From Alphaproteobacteria bacterium (lineage in GTDB: Bacteria; Pseudomonadota; Alphaproteobacteria; GCA-2731375), in contig CBDDPY010000002.1 in the NCBI GenBank assembly GCA_965232515.1, positions 6,944,001-7,008,000 of the forward strand: a stretch of DNA of 64,000 nucleotides, read 5' to 3'. The first letter of the stretch is position 1; each line of letters begins with the position of its first letter. The notes beneath the pieces were generated by a model that saw nothing but the letters and a program-made list of their open reading frames with translations, was not told the origin of the DNA and did not search any database. Below, one piece after another: positions 1 to 8,989 of the stretch. The position numbers and the translations under genes were made by a program.

Positions 1-59
1 GCGCTGCGGCCGAACGACTTGCTGACCGCGTCGACCTTGAGGAGCGGCTGCGCCGTCAT
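1..59 (-). CDS. Peptide/nickel-type ABC transporter ATP-binding subunit (OppF/DppF-like), 5' end only; runs off the window
   Basis: Reverse strand reads [19 protein letters not shown]; its ATG overlaps the stop of the upstream ATPase (ATGA). Confidence 0.65.
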   Translation of the reverse strand, partial: MTAQPLLKVDAVSKSFGRS

Positions 60-1099
60 GGCGACGCGTCCTGCCAGCGCAAGCACCGCGACTGCCAGTC
101 GGGGTTCGTCTCGACAAGCGGCAGATGGTCTTCGCAGCGCGGCTCCGCCAACGGACAGCGTGCGCGAAAACGGCATCCCTCGAACGCATCATCAATCACC
201 GGCACGATTCCCGACCTCGCGCGCCGATGCGCCACGGGCGCCTGGCCCGCCGGGTCGGGGAGACTCGCGAGCAGAGAAGCCGTATAGGGGTGCCGCGGCG
301 CGACCAGCACGGCGCTCGCCTCGCCCTGTTCGACGAGTTGGCCGGCGTACATGACCAGCACCCGATCGGCGAAATCGGCGACTACGCCCAAGTCGTGGGT
401 CACGAGTATGATGGCAAGCCCGCGCTCTCGCTGCAGTTCCTTGAGCAGATCAAGGATCTGCGCCTGAATGGTGACATCGAGCGCGGTGGTCGGTTCATCG
501 GCGATCAGCAGCAGCGGCTCACCGGCAAGGGCGATCGCGATCATCACACGCTGGCGCATGCCGCCGGACAATTGATGCGGGTAGTCGCATGCCCTGTGCT
601 CGGGCGCCGCGATGCCAACCTGGCGCAGCAATTCGACCGCCTCGGCCCAGGCCGCCTTGCGATCATAGCCGCGATGCAACTGGACGGTTTCCGCGATCTG
701 GTCCCCGACACGGAACAATGGGTTCAGGCTGGCGCTCGCATCCTGGAAGATCATCGCCAGATCGCCGCCACGAATCCGGCCGAGCGTGCGCTCGTCGGCC
801 GTCATCAGATCGCATTCGGCGCCCGTCCGGTCAAAAAACGAAACCGATCCGGACATCCGGACATTTCTCCCGTCAAGCAGCCGCATGACCGACAGCATCG
901 AGACAGACTTGCCCGACCCGGACTCGCCGACGATGGCAAGCGTCTCTCCAGGGGTGACCCGGAAGGAAAGGTCGTCAACGGCATGGACGGTGTGCGTGCT
1001 GCCCCGGAAACAGGTCGTCAGACCATGCACCCCCAACGTGCCGGGCAACACCGTGGCCGAAACGTCTTCACGCACCGCCAGCGCCGGCGGGCCCGTCAT
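56..1099 (-). CDS. Peptide-type ABC transporter ATP-binding subunit (OppD/DppD-like)
   Basis: Walker A GESGSGKS, signature LSGGMRQRV, Walker [14 protein letters not shown]-terminal HPYT and CRFRARC..C..C; probable start MTGPP at 1099 (ORF open to 1306). Confidence 0.92.
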   Translation of the reverse strand: MTGPPALAVREDVSATVLPGTLGVHGLTTCFRGSTHTVHAVDDLSFRVTPGETLAIVGESGSGKSVSMLSVMRLLDGRNVRMSGSVSFFDRTGAECDLMTADERTLGRIRGGDLAMIFQDASASLNPLFRVGDQIAETVQLHRGYDRKAAWAEAVELLRQVGIAAPEHRACDYPHQLSGGMRQRVMIAIALAGEPLLLIADEPTTALDVTIQAQILDLLKELQRERGLAIILVTHDLGVVADFADRVLVMYAGQLVEQGEASAVLVAPRHPYTASLLASLPDPAGQAPVAHRRARSGIVPVIDDAFEGCRFRARCPLAEPRCEDHLPLVETNPDWQSRCLRWQDASP

Positions 1100-1979
1100 G
1101 ACCACGCCCGCCCTCTTGCGCTGCGCCGGCGCCTTGTTCCGCCACCACCCTGAAACGTGCGGCCGTTGCGTCGGCGCCGTTGAAAAGCAGCGCGCAATCG
1201 CTGGTAACGGACACGAAATCAAAGCCGGCGCGAAGATGCTGCTCCGCGACATCACCATTGGGCGCAAGCACACCTGAAGATTTGCCCATGGTCCGCACGC
1301 GCTCACGCGCGTCTCGAATGGCCTCCATCACCCGAGGGTGATCCGGCCGACCGATGTGACCAAGGCTCGCGGCTAGGTCACTTGGTCCGAAAAACAAGGC
1401 GTCCACACCATCGACCGCAGCAATTTCTTCTAGCCGATCCAGCGCGCCGCGCGTCTCTATCTGCACGATCAAAAACAGATCTTGATGCGCATGCTGCAGA
1501 TAATTTTTCATTCGGCCGTAGCGGCTGGCCCGATGCATCAGCGCAACCCCGCGATGGCCGTGCGGCGGATAACGCATCGCGGCCACAGCTTGCGAAGCTT
1601 CCTCACCGCTTTGGACGAACGGCAGCATCACGGTGCGTACACCGGCATCCAGATACTTCTTGAGGAGAACGGAGTCGTTCCACGCGAGGCGAACGATCGG
1701 GACAAGAGATTTGCCCTCTAACGTCCTCAAATGCGACATCGCGTCGGCGAGCGTTAGCGGCGCATGCTCTCCGTCGATCAGAACCCAGTCAAACCCGGAA
1801 TAGGCCAACCCCTCAATCGCGTGCACCGAATTGAGCATCGACCAAATTCCCACAAGCGGTCGCTTGCAGGCCAAAGCATTCCGAAACGGATTGCCGTCCA
1901 AGGTCTCTTTAGACGTTGCATGATTGTCCACGACCTGAAACACCCTCCCCGATCCCCCGAACGGTAGCAGAGGGTTCAT
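1068..1979 (-). CDS. HpcH/HpaI class II pyruvate aldolase family protein
   Basis: GFDWVLIDGEH, RYPPHGHRG, IVQIET, VDGVDALFFGPSDL motifs; exact start uncertain. Confidence 0.9.
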   Translation of the reverse strand: MNPLLPFGGSGRVFQVVDNHATSKETLDGNPFRNALACKRPLVGIWSMLNSVHAIEGLAYSGFDWVLIDGEHAPLTLADAMSHLRTLEGKSLVPIVRLAWNDSVLLKKYLDAGVRTVMLPFVQSGEEASQAVAAMRYPPHGHRGVALMHRASRYGRMKNYLQHAHQDLFLIVQIETRGALDRLEEIAAVDGVDALFFGPSDLAASLGHIGRPDHPRVMEAIRDARERVRTMGKSSGVLAPNGDVAEQHLRAGFDFVSVTSDCALLFNGADATAARFRVVAEQGAGAAQEGGRGHDGPAGAGGA

Positions 1980-1995
1980 ATCGTCGCAACAATTA

Positions 1996-2030
1996 TATCA
2001 TCAGTAGAGATTTTATATCACTGGATGATA
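1996..2030. promoter_or_regulatory. Tandem 15-bp imperfect palindromes TATCA-N5-TGATA, putative IclR operators
   Basis: TATCATCAGTAGAGA (1996-2010) and TATCACTGGATGATA (2016-2030) upstream of the aldolase; similar sites at 3393 and 3423. Confidence 0.55.
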
Positions 2031-2045
2031 CTTTATTGCTGATGC

Positions 2046-2540
2046 TCAATCCGCCGGCGCGATTTCGAGGATCATCTCGATCTCCACGGTCATGTTCCCG
2101 GGCAGGCTGGGCACGCCAACAGCCGATCGCGCATGCCGGCCCCGCTCGCCGAACACCGCCCGCATCAGTTCGGAGCAGCCGTCGATGACCTCGGAATGAT
2201 GCTCAAAGTGCGGCGCGGCATTCACCAAACCCAGAATCCTGACGACCCGCGCGACACGCTCAAGCGTGCCAAGCTCCTGCTTCACGACAGCCAGTAGATT
2301 CGGGCCCGTGACCAGCGCATGTTCGCGACCTTCAGCGAGGGAAAAATCAATCCCGATCTTCCCCGCCGGGCGCGTTCCGTCGGGACGGCGCGGACCTTTC
2401 CCCGATAAATGCAATTGCGCCCCGCCGCGCGCCGCGTGCTCATACAGCCCCGCGCGCGCAGGTGGGGCAGGAAGCATCAGACCGAGCCGAGCGAGCCGTT
2501 GTTCGGCGCTTGCCGCCCTGGCTTCATGGCTCGCCGCCAT
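2046..2540 (-). CDS. RidA/YjgF/UK114 family protein
   Basis: LHLSGKGP, VIDGCSEL..VFGERGRHARSAVGV.SLP....VEIE; probable start MAASHE. Confidence 0.88.
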   Translation of the reverse strand: MAASHEARAASAEQRLARLGLMLPAPPARAGLYEHAARGGAQLHLSGKGPRRPDGTRPAGKIGIDFSLAEGREHALVTGPNLLAVVKQELGTLERVARVVRILGLVNAAPHFEHHSEVIDGCSELMRAVFGERGRHARSAVGVPSLPGNMTVEIEMILEIAPAD

Positions 2541-3372
2541 CCGTGCCCCCGTTCCATCCAAGGGCGAGAGAAACCTGGAACGCCGACTCCTTCACGACAT
2601 CGATCAACTCTCTGAAGCGGGCACTCTCGACCGAAACGCCGATTGTCGAGATGCTGAGGCCGGCAATCGTGCGGCCGGCGGAATCTCGGACCGGCGCGGC
2701 CGCGCACGTGACCAGCTCGTTGTACTCGCGGTCATCGATGGCATAGTCATTCTGCCTGATGCGGGCCAACTCTTCCTGAAAGGCCGACATGGAGGTAATG
2801 GTCTGGGGCGTCGCCCGTCGCATGCCGGCCGAACGGAGAATCCGCTCGATTTCTGCTGGCTGCTGGTGGAACGCGGCCAGCACCTTTCCCAGGCCATTGC
2901 AATGTATCGGTCGCCTGGAGCCGATCTGCGTGTTGATCCGCAACGGTTGCTCCGGCGGCTCGACCTTCTCGATGTAGGCGATGCTTTCATCGGCCAGGAT
3001 GGCCATCTGCACCGTTTCGTTCGTTGTCCTGCACGCCTCCTCCATGATCGGCCGCGCCACGTCGCGCACATCAAGCTGCCGCTGCGCACGAGTGGCGATG
3101 TCCAGCAGTGCGGGTCCGATACTCCATTTCTTATCGGCGGCGACGGCGACAAATCCGCCGCGTTCCAACGCCTTGAGAAAGCGTGCCACCGTGGCCTTGT
3201 GCAATTCGGCCTTCCCGCTCAACTCGGTGAGTGTCAGACCGGCGGAATGAACGGACAGGCAGCGGAGGATGTGCATCGTCCGATCGATGACACGAAACGC
3301 GTTCGACGCGTTGCGCCTGGAATCCTGGCCGTGCTCGGCGACCACACTTGGACCGTTCACATCGGACACCAT
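2524..3372 (-). CDS. IclR family transcriptional regulator
   Basis: N-terminal HTH (LTLTELS..AELHKATVARFL) and IclR C-terminal signature GSRRPIHCNGLGK..LA, YAIDDRE; start uncertain (ORF open to 3462). Confidence 0.92.
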   Translation of the reverse strand: MVSDVNGPSVVAEHGQDSRRNASNAFRVIDRTMHILRCLSVHSAGLTLTELSGKAELHKATVARFLKALERGGFVAVAADKKWSIGPALLDIATRAQRQLDVRDVARPIMEEACRTTNETVQMAILADESIAYIEKVEPPEQPLRINTQIGSRRPIHCNGLGKVLAAFHQQPAEIERILRSAGMRRATPQTITSMSAFQEELARIRQNDYAIDDREYNELVTCAAAPVRDSAGRTIAGLSISTIGVSVESARFRELIDVVKESAFQVSLALGWNGGTDGGEP

Positions 3373-3392
3373 TGCAAAGTAACTCGGATCCG

Positions 3393-3437
3393 TTTCATAT
3401 CTTGTGACTTGATAATATTCGGTATCACCAGTTGAGA
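3393..3437. promoter_or_regulatory. Putative IclR operator pair in the divergent iclR/enolase promoter
   Basis: TTTCATATCTTGTGA (3393-3407) and TATCACCAGTTGAGA (3423-3437) match the 1996/2016 motif. Confidence 0.5.
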
Positions 3438-3453
3438 CGACAGGCAAGCCGGA

Positions 3454-4566
3454 ATGCGACACTGTCCAAAGGTCACTATCCGCCGCGTTACGGCCTTTCT
3501 ATTCCGCGCGCCGATAGAGGTCCCCGTGCGCACGTCATTCGGTGTCATGATCGATCGGCCTATGTTGTACCTGCAGGTCGAGGATCATGAGGGCGCCACA
3601 GGATTAGGCGAGGTCTGGTGCAATTTCCCCTCTGTCGGCGCTGAGCATCGCAAGCATCTTGCCGAAACGGTCGTCGGGCCGTTGCTCGTCGATATCGGAG
3701 AGATCAGGCCCGGGGAGGTCTGCGAGACACTGATGGACCGGCTTCACGTCCTGGGGATCCAATCCGGTGAATGGGGACCGCTCCGCCAAGTGTCCGCAGG
3801 ATTGGATGCCGCGTGCCACGATCTGGCGGCGCGTCGGTCCGGCCTGCCCCTGTGGCGTTATCTCAACGAGCAAGCGGTGGGATGCATCCAATGCTACGCC
3901 AGTGGCATCGGACCGGAAACACCCGACACAGCGGCGGCAGGAGCCATGAAACAGGGCCACGTAGCGTTCAAGGTCAAGTTGGGCTTTGGAGATGAAACCG
4001 ATGCCCGTACGCTGGCGAACACGCGCGCAACGATCGGCCCGGGCAGGTGTCTCATGGCCGACGCCAATCAGGCATGGAAGATAGACCGCGCCCTGGCGCT
4101 CGCGCCGACGTTCTCGGCCTACGAGCTTACATGGCTGGAGGAGCCGTTGCGCGCCGACCGGCCGATTGACGAATGGAAGCGTTTGGCGGCGGTTGCGCCG
4201 ATGCCGCTCGCAGGAGGAGAAAACTTGGCGGGGCCATCGGACTTCAACGCGGCTATGACGCCTGCCTACCTGGGCTATCTCCAGCCGGACGTCGCAAAAT
4301 GGGGCGGCGTGTCAGGCTGTTTCGCGGTTGCCAGGCAAGCGGAAGCGAAAGGCTTGGTGTACTGCCCGCACTTTCTCGGCGGTGCCGTTGGCCTAATGAC
4401 GTCGGCGCACTTGCTGGCTGCGGTCGGCGGCGCCGGATTTCTAGAGGTTGACGTCAATCCCAACGAAATCAGGGATGCACAGCTTTGCGGGGTGTTCACC
4501 GTCCGAGATGGCAGGATACAACTTGGCGACCAATCCGGGATCGGAATCGATCTGGATCAGCGATAA
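3454..4566 (+). CDS. Mandelate racemase/muconate lactonizing enzyme (enolase superfamily) protein
   Basis: KVK, MADAN, WLEEP, GGEN, QPDVAKWGG, CPH motifs. Confidence 0.9.
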   Translation: MRHCPKVTIRRVTAFLFRAPIEVPVRTSFGVMIDRPMLYLQVEDHEGATGLGEVWCNFPSVGAEHRKHLAETVVGPLLVDIGEIRPGEVCETLMDRLHVLGIQSGEWGPLRQVSAGLDAACHDLAARRSGLPLWRYLNEQAVGCIQCYASGIGPETPDTAAAGAMKQGHVAFKVKLGFGDETDARTLANTRATIGPGRCLMADANQAWKIDRALALAPTFSAYELTWLEEPLRADRPIDEWKRLAAVAPMPLAGGENLAGPSDFNAAMTPAYLGYLQPDVAKWGGVSGCFAVARQAEAKGLVYCPHFLGGAVGLMTSAHLLAAVGGAGFLEVDVNPNEIRDAQLCGVFTVRDGRIQLGDQSGIGIDLDQR

Positions 4567-4659
4567 AGGCCAAGGGCGGGTTTGGATTCGTTCGTACCTC
4601 AGCCGATCGGCTATGACGCTTCTGAGCGCATGCCGGATTTAGGAAGGGCGCTTTGCTCA

Positions 4660-4785
4660 CCGTCTCCTTATCGATAACGGCATCTCCCTGAGTTTCTCGC
4701 ACTCTGGGAGAATCTACGAGCAACGCGTTCTCCAAAACATTCAACGGCAGATTGCGCATCGAACGCTTGGATATGAAATAGCCCA
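4660..4785 (+). pseudogene. Degenerate IS3-family transposase (integrase core) fragment
   Basis: Reads DNG...NAFSKTFNGRLRIERLD, resembling the IS3 motif NAFIESFNGRLRDECLN; ends just before the IS6. Confidence 0.6.
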
Positions 4786-4791
4786 TGGGCC

Positions 4792-5594
4792 GGCATTGAT
4801 ACGTTAAGTGCCTAGGCGGAGCGATCAGGCGTCGCTACCGTCGCCGGATGACACCGATATCCTTCAAGCGACATCGCTTTCCGGCGGAAATTATCCGACA
4901 TGCGATCTGGCTCTATGCCCGGTTCACGCTATCGTTTCGCGACGTTGAAGAGATACTGGCTGAGCGTGGCATCGATGTTTCGAATGAGACGGTCCGGCGC
5001 TGGTTTCTGAAGTTTGGGCGGCTGATCGCCCGCAATCTTCGCCACAGCCGTCCGCGTGCCAGCGCTCGCTGGCATCTTGACGAGATGGCCATTCGGATAC
5101 GCAATCGAAAGTACTGGCTGTGGCGGGCAGTCGATGACGAGGGTGAGGTGCTCGACTTCCTGGTCCAGCGCCGGCGCTGCGCTCGATCGGCGAGGAGATT
5201 GCTTAGAAAACTGCTGAAGAAACAGGGCTTTGCGCCGAAGCGCATCACCACGGACAAGCTCAAATCGTACCTCGCCGCCATCCGCAAAGAGCGGCTTTCC
5301 GCAGTCCATGATCGGGGCTTGCGTGCAAACAATCGAGCGGAAAACTCACACCAACCGGTTCGTCGACGTGAGCGAAAACAGCAGCGTTTCAAGTCGCCGG
5401 GTTCAGCCCAACGATTCCTGTCGATCCACGCCGCCATCCAGAACGCCTTCTACATCTAACGCCACCTCCTGCCACGCCGTATCTTCAAGGCGTTCCGGGC
5501 CGAGACGTTTGCTGTCTGGCGGCACAGCTGTGCCGCAGTCTGATGCATGGTGCGGACCATTACGGCCAACCGCAGTAGTTAACGTGTCAATGCC
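4792..5594 (+). mobile_element. IS6 family insertion sequence (803 bp)
   Basis: Terminal IRs GGCATTGATACGTTAA / TTAACGTGTCAATGCC (15/16 match) bracket an IS6 transposase; no flanking direct repeat seen. Confidence 0.92.
4848..5543 (+). pseudogene. IS6 transposase with premature stop at 5457-5459
   Basis: FKRHRFP..II..A.WLY.RF.LS.RDVEE, WHLDE, LWRAVD, TDKLKSY, NNRAENSHQ; after FYI-TAA the frame continues RHLLPRRIFKAFRAE...AV* to 5543. Confidence 0.8.
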
Positions 5595-5702
5595 GATGTA
5601 ATCCTGGCATCCTTCTGGATAGACTTGAATCGTGCTTCGCATCACTAGTTTTCGCGTTCAACGTTGGACCTATACGGCAATCTTCAAGAATCTGAACTCT
5701 CG

Positions 5703-5726
5703 TTGGTTGCGGGCCCCCGCAACCAA
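5703..5726. other. att-like inverted repeat containing a tRNA-Met 3'-end-like sequence
   Basis: TTGGTTGCGGG-CC-CCCGCAACCAA; GCCCCCGCAACCA resembles the alphaproteobacterial tRNA-fMet 3' end. Confidence 0.5.
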
Positions 5727-5930
5727 ACCAGACCAAATCAAGCAATAATTTCAAGGGCTTGTGGGAGTCTGTTTTTCACTGACCCCGCAGCCAATTGCGG
5801 CGGCTTCTGGAAACCGTGATTTTCGTTGGCTATGAGGGGCCGCCTGATGAATTTGCTATGAATAACCCTGAATTTCGCAGGTCGAAGGAAGCTCGTCCGG
5901 TTAGTTCTGAAGTGAACTCGGGGCTTCACC

Positions 5931-6420
5931 TAGAGCAAGATCGGGCTAGCTGGAATCGATAGGGGATTCCCGACGCGGGCTGAGATGTGATTGAAGATGT
6001 CTGCTGTAGAAGGAGGCCAGCAGACATGGCGCGACCTCTATCGAACGATCTTCGCGAACGTGTTGTGGCCCGGCATGAGGCGGGCGAGAGCATCCGGGCT
6101 GTAGCGGCGCTGTTTGGCGTGGCGCCGTCGACGGTCTCGAAGTGGGCGCAGCGGCGGCGCCGAACGGGCAGCGTGGCGCCGGAGAAGTTCGGCGGCCATC
6201 GACAGCCTCTGCTGGAGCCGCATCGGGCTTGGATCGAAGCCCGCTTTGGGGAGAGGCCCGAGTTGAGCTTGCAGGGTCTCCGAGCGGAGTTGGCGGCGCG
6301 CGGGGTCCAGGTGAGCTATGGCGCGGTCCAGAAGTTCGTGCGTGACGCCGGGCTCAGCTTCAAAAAAAACCGCGTTCGCCAGTGAGCAGGACCGGCCCGA
6401 CGTTGCCCGCCGCGCGGATG
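5931..6420 (+). mobile_element. Truncated IS630 family element (left end, HTH ORF 6026-6385, frameshift site; DDE domain lost)
   Basis: Begins TAGAGC; MARPLSNDLRERVV HTH; A8 slippery run (TTCAAAAAAAACC) with the shifted frame reading KKTAFASEQDRPDVARR, then breaks off. Confidence 0.85.
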
Positions 6421-6478
6421 AACCGGCGGCGCGACATGGCGCGCGGGCTAGCATGGCTCACGGTGGGTCGTCCTCGCA

Positions 6479-7146
6479 TCAGGCAGTGATCGGTGGGTGG
6501 TAGACAGTCACCGGCGGCGGCGACCCCTCGTACCGGCGCAGGTCGACGAGACAGGTCTGGGCGGCGCATCCCTGGCCGAGGCGGGAGGTACCGCGATCCT
6601 CGATCAGCATGTTCGCATTGCCGTGGCGGTCGAGGCCGGTCTCGGGATCGCGGTCGAGCCAAGCCCCTTCATAAACCACGACGACGCCGGGGCGGATCTG
6701 GTCGGTAACATTGGCGCCCGCCAACATCCGGCCACGCGCGTTGAAGACCTCGACGATGTCGCCGGAGCGGATGCCCCGGGACGCCGCATCGTCGGGGTTG
6801 ATCATGATCGGCTCGCGCCCGGCGATCTTCGCGGCCTTGGCAAGCGGCGCGTTGTCCATCTGGCTGTGCAGGCGCCATCTCGGGTGGCTGGAGACCAGAT
6901 GCAGCGGCGTTTCGACCGACGCGGCGCCCAGCCATTCCCGCGGCTCTAACCAGACAGGATGGCCCGGACAATCGCTGTAGCCGAAGCCGGCAATGGTCTC
7001 GGAGAAAAGCTCGATCCTGCCGGAGGGCGTTCTGAGCGGGAACCCGTCCGGAGCCTGCCGGAAATCGCCGAGGAAAACAAAGTCCCGATCGCCGGCGGGC
7101 AGCTCGAGCGCGCCCATTTCCCAGAACACGTCGAAGTCCGGCAGTT
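6479..7146 (-). pseudogene. C-terminal fragment of a BisC/TorZ/DMSO-reductase-family molybdopterin oxidoreductase
   Basis: LPDFDVFWE, LRTPSGRIELFS, HP.WRLHSQ, INPDDAASRGI..GD.V.VFNARG, HGNAN, TSRLGQG; N-terminal ~550 aa missing. Confidence 0.85.
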
Positions 7147-7280
7147 CGTACGCTTTGATGCACGGGTGGAAGTGCTGTTGCGGGATGCCATTGTGGCTTC
7201 TCAGATGCCGTTCCGCCTGGCTCCAGAAATTCTCGATCCCGTTGACGTGGTTGGCGTCGTTGGCGTCATCGGCGAACAGA
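7146..7280 (-). pseudogene. IS1595-family transposase C-terminal remnant
   Basis: Reads LFADDANDANHVNGIENFWSQAERHLRSHNGIPQQHFHPCIKAYE, matching the IS1595 HINGIENFW...NGI motif. Confidence 0.75.
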
Positions 7281-7418
7281 CGCGGAACGCCCGTCTCCGG
7301 TCGCCGTGGACCGCGCTCTCAGATTGTAAATTGTTTGACAATATACAGAAGACGGTATTTGCTGCTGCGCGCGCTGAGCGAAAAAAGAAACGCGGCGCTT
7401 CAACAGAGAGGAAATACC

Positions 7419-8450
7419 ATGCCAAATCATCACAATTCCCGCACGTGCGAGCCTGACCGCCGTCGCGGGCTCCTGCTGGGCGCTTTGCTTCTCTCAATTT
7501 GGGCCCTGTTCTTCCCCGCCAGCGACGCCGCCGCTCAGGAATGGCCCGAACTTTCGTTCCGCGTGACCATGACGGTCTCCTCCGATGAGCCGTTGGGCCA
7601 AGGGGTGTCGCACTTCATAAGGCGGCTCGAAGAGGAAACGGATGGGAACGTAACGGTCGATTTCTTCCCGTCCGGGCAGCTGGGACAGGATCTCGAGGTT
7701 TTCGAGCAACTCTCCGATGGGACGGTGCAGATGCACGCCTCGGGCTTTGGTATCAATGCGAACTACAATTCGTTCTATGCCCCGTGGCTTTTCAGCAGCT
7801 TTGATCACGTTCAACGCGTGTTGGAGAGCAACATGGCTCAGCGCTGGAACGATGATCTCAGGGCGGAGCGCGGCGTCACCGTCCTGATGGCTTATCCGCG
7901 TGCAGCACGTCACATCACCAGCAACGGGCGGCCGATTGTGACGCCCGAGGACCTCAAGGGCCTGCGGATGCGCGTGCCCCAAATCCCGATCCTGTTCGAG
8001 ACTTTCGCCGAACTGGGCACCAACGCGGTCGCCATGAGTTTTGGCGAGGTCTATTCCAGTCTGCAGGCCGGTCTGATCGAGGGGCAGGAGAATCCGCTGC
8101 CCACCATCGCCGGCTTTTCAATCCAGGAAGTCCAAGGCTACATCAGCCTTACGCGGCATGTGCTCGCACCGGAGTATATCTACGTGCATTCCGAGTGGTG
8201 GGAAGGCCTTCCCGAGCACCTTCGCACGCTGATGACGGAGCTCCTTGTCGAGGGTCAAGAGATCGCGGCCGCCGCAACGGCCGAAGCCGAAGAAAAGATC
8301 GCCGCCGATATCCGTGCGGCGGGTGGAACCGAGATCGTCGAGTCCAACGTCGAGGCCTTCACGACCGCGGCTCGTCCGATCCTCGACCGCATCGGGCCGC
8401 AACACCTCGGCGAAGAGACCTACCGCGTCATCGTCGATCTCGCCGACTAG
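7419..8450 (+). CDS. dctP: TRAP transporter substrate-binding protein
   Basis: RBS GAGAGGA, signal-peptide-like N-terminus, FFPSGQLG, DLKGLRMRVP, EVYSSLQAG..EGQENP. Confidence 0.9.
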   Translation: MPNHHNSRTCEPDRRRGLLLGALLLSIWALFFPASDAAAQEWPELSFRVTMTVSSDEPLGQGVSHFIRRLEEETDGNVTVDFFPSGQLGQDLEVFEQLSDGTVQMHASGFGINANYNSFYAPWLFSSFDHVQRVLESNMAQRWNDDLRAERGVTVLMAYPRAARHITSNGRPIVTPEDLKGLRMRVPQIPILFETFAELGTNAVAMSFGEVYSSLQAGLIEGQENPLPTIAGFSIQEVQGYISLTRHVLAPEYIYVHSEWWEGLPEHLRTLMTELLVEGQEIAAAATAEAEEKIAADIRAAGGTEIVESNVEAFTTAARPILDRIGPQHLGEETYRVIVDLAD

Positions 8451-8458
8451 ATCTGGCG

Positions 8459-8986
8459 ATGCTCCTGGACCGCATGACAGGCGGCCGTCGCTGGCTCGCC
8501 ACCCTCTTCATGGGGGTGGCGGCGCTCATGGGCGGCGCTCTGCTTGCATTGCTTGTGGGCAATGTGGGCGCGCGTGCGATCGGGGGTAACCCGGTCTGGG
8601 TGAGCGAAACGGCTCGCGTTCTCTTCGTTTGGGGAACCGCGCTGGGAATGATTTCGGTTTCCCTGTCCGGGCAGCATTTTCGCGTAGACCTGATGAACAA
8701 GGGTCCGGCAGAGGAGGAAGCCGGGGCTGGTCCGTGGGAACTCGTTCTCCAGCTCTCGGTCTGCGCCGTTCTTGCCTACATCGCCTGGTTCGCGTTCCCG
8801 ACGATACAACGAGCGGCGAGCCAGCCCATGGCCTCGATACCCCTGACCTACGGCGCCTTGCGCTCGGCGCTTGTCATGGCTCTCGCAGGCATGCTGACAG
8901 CTCATCTCTGGCGCGCGCTCGAAGTGATCATCTTCCTTTCGACAAGGCATTCAATACCAGACCAAAGCTCTGGAAGAACGGGCTGA
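8459..8986 (+). CDS. dctQ: TRAP transporter small permease
   Basis: Four hydrophobic segments, WVSETAR, HFRVDL; lies between dctP and dctM. Confidence 0.85.
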   Translation: MLLDRMTGGRRWLATLFMGVAALMGGALLALLVGNVGARAIGGNPVWVSETARVLFVWGTALGMISVSLSGQHFRVDLMNKGPAEEEAGAGPWELVLQLSVCAVLAYIAWFAFPTIQRAASQPMASIPLTYGALRSALVMALAGMLTAHLWRALEVIIFLSTRHSIPDQSSGRTG

Positions 8987-8989
8987 GCG

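Noticed and set aside
125-1153. 342-aa + strand ORF and similar long antisense ORFs (e.g. 2266-3435, 10547-11608, 29319-30272, 31755-33146, 54899-55852, 60278-61201)
   Set aside because: Shadow ORFs opposite well-supported genes, expected in high-GC DNA; no recognisable motifs
6993-7418. N-terminal 142 aa of the 485-aa ORF
   Set aside because: Overlaps the pseudogene and IS remnants; the DctP start with an RBS is at 7419
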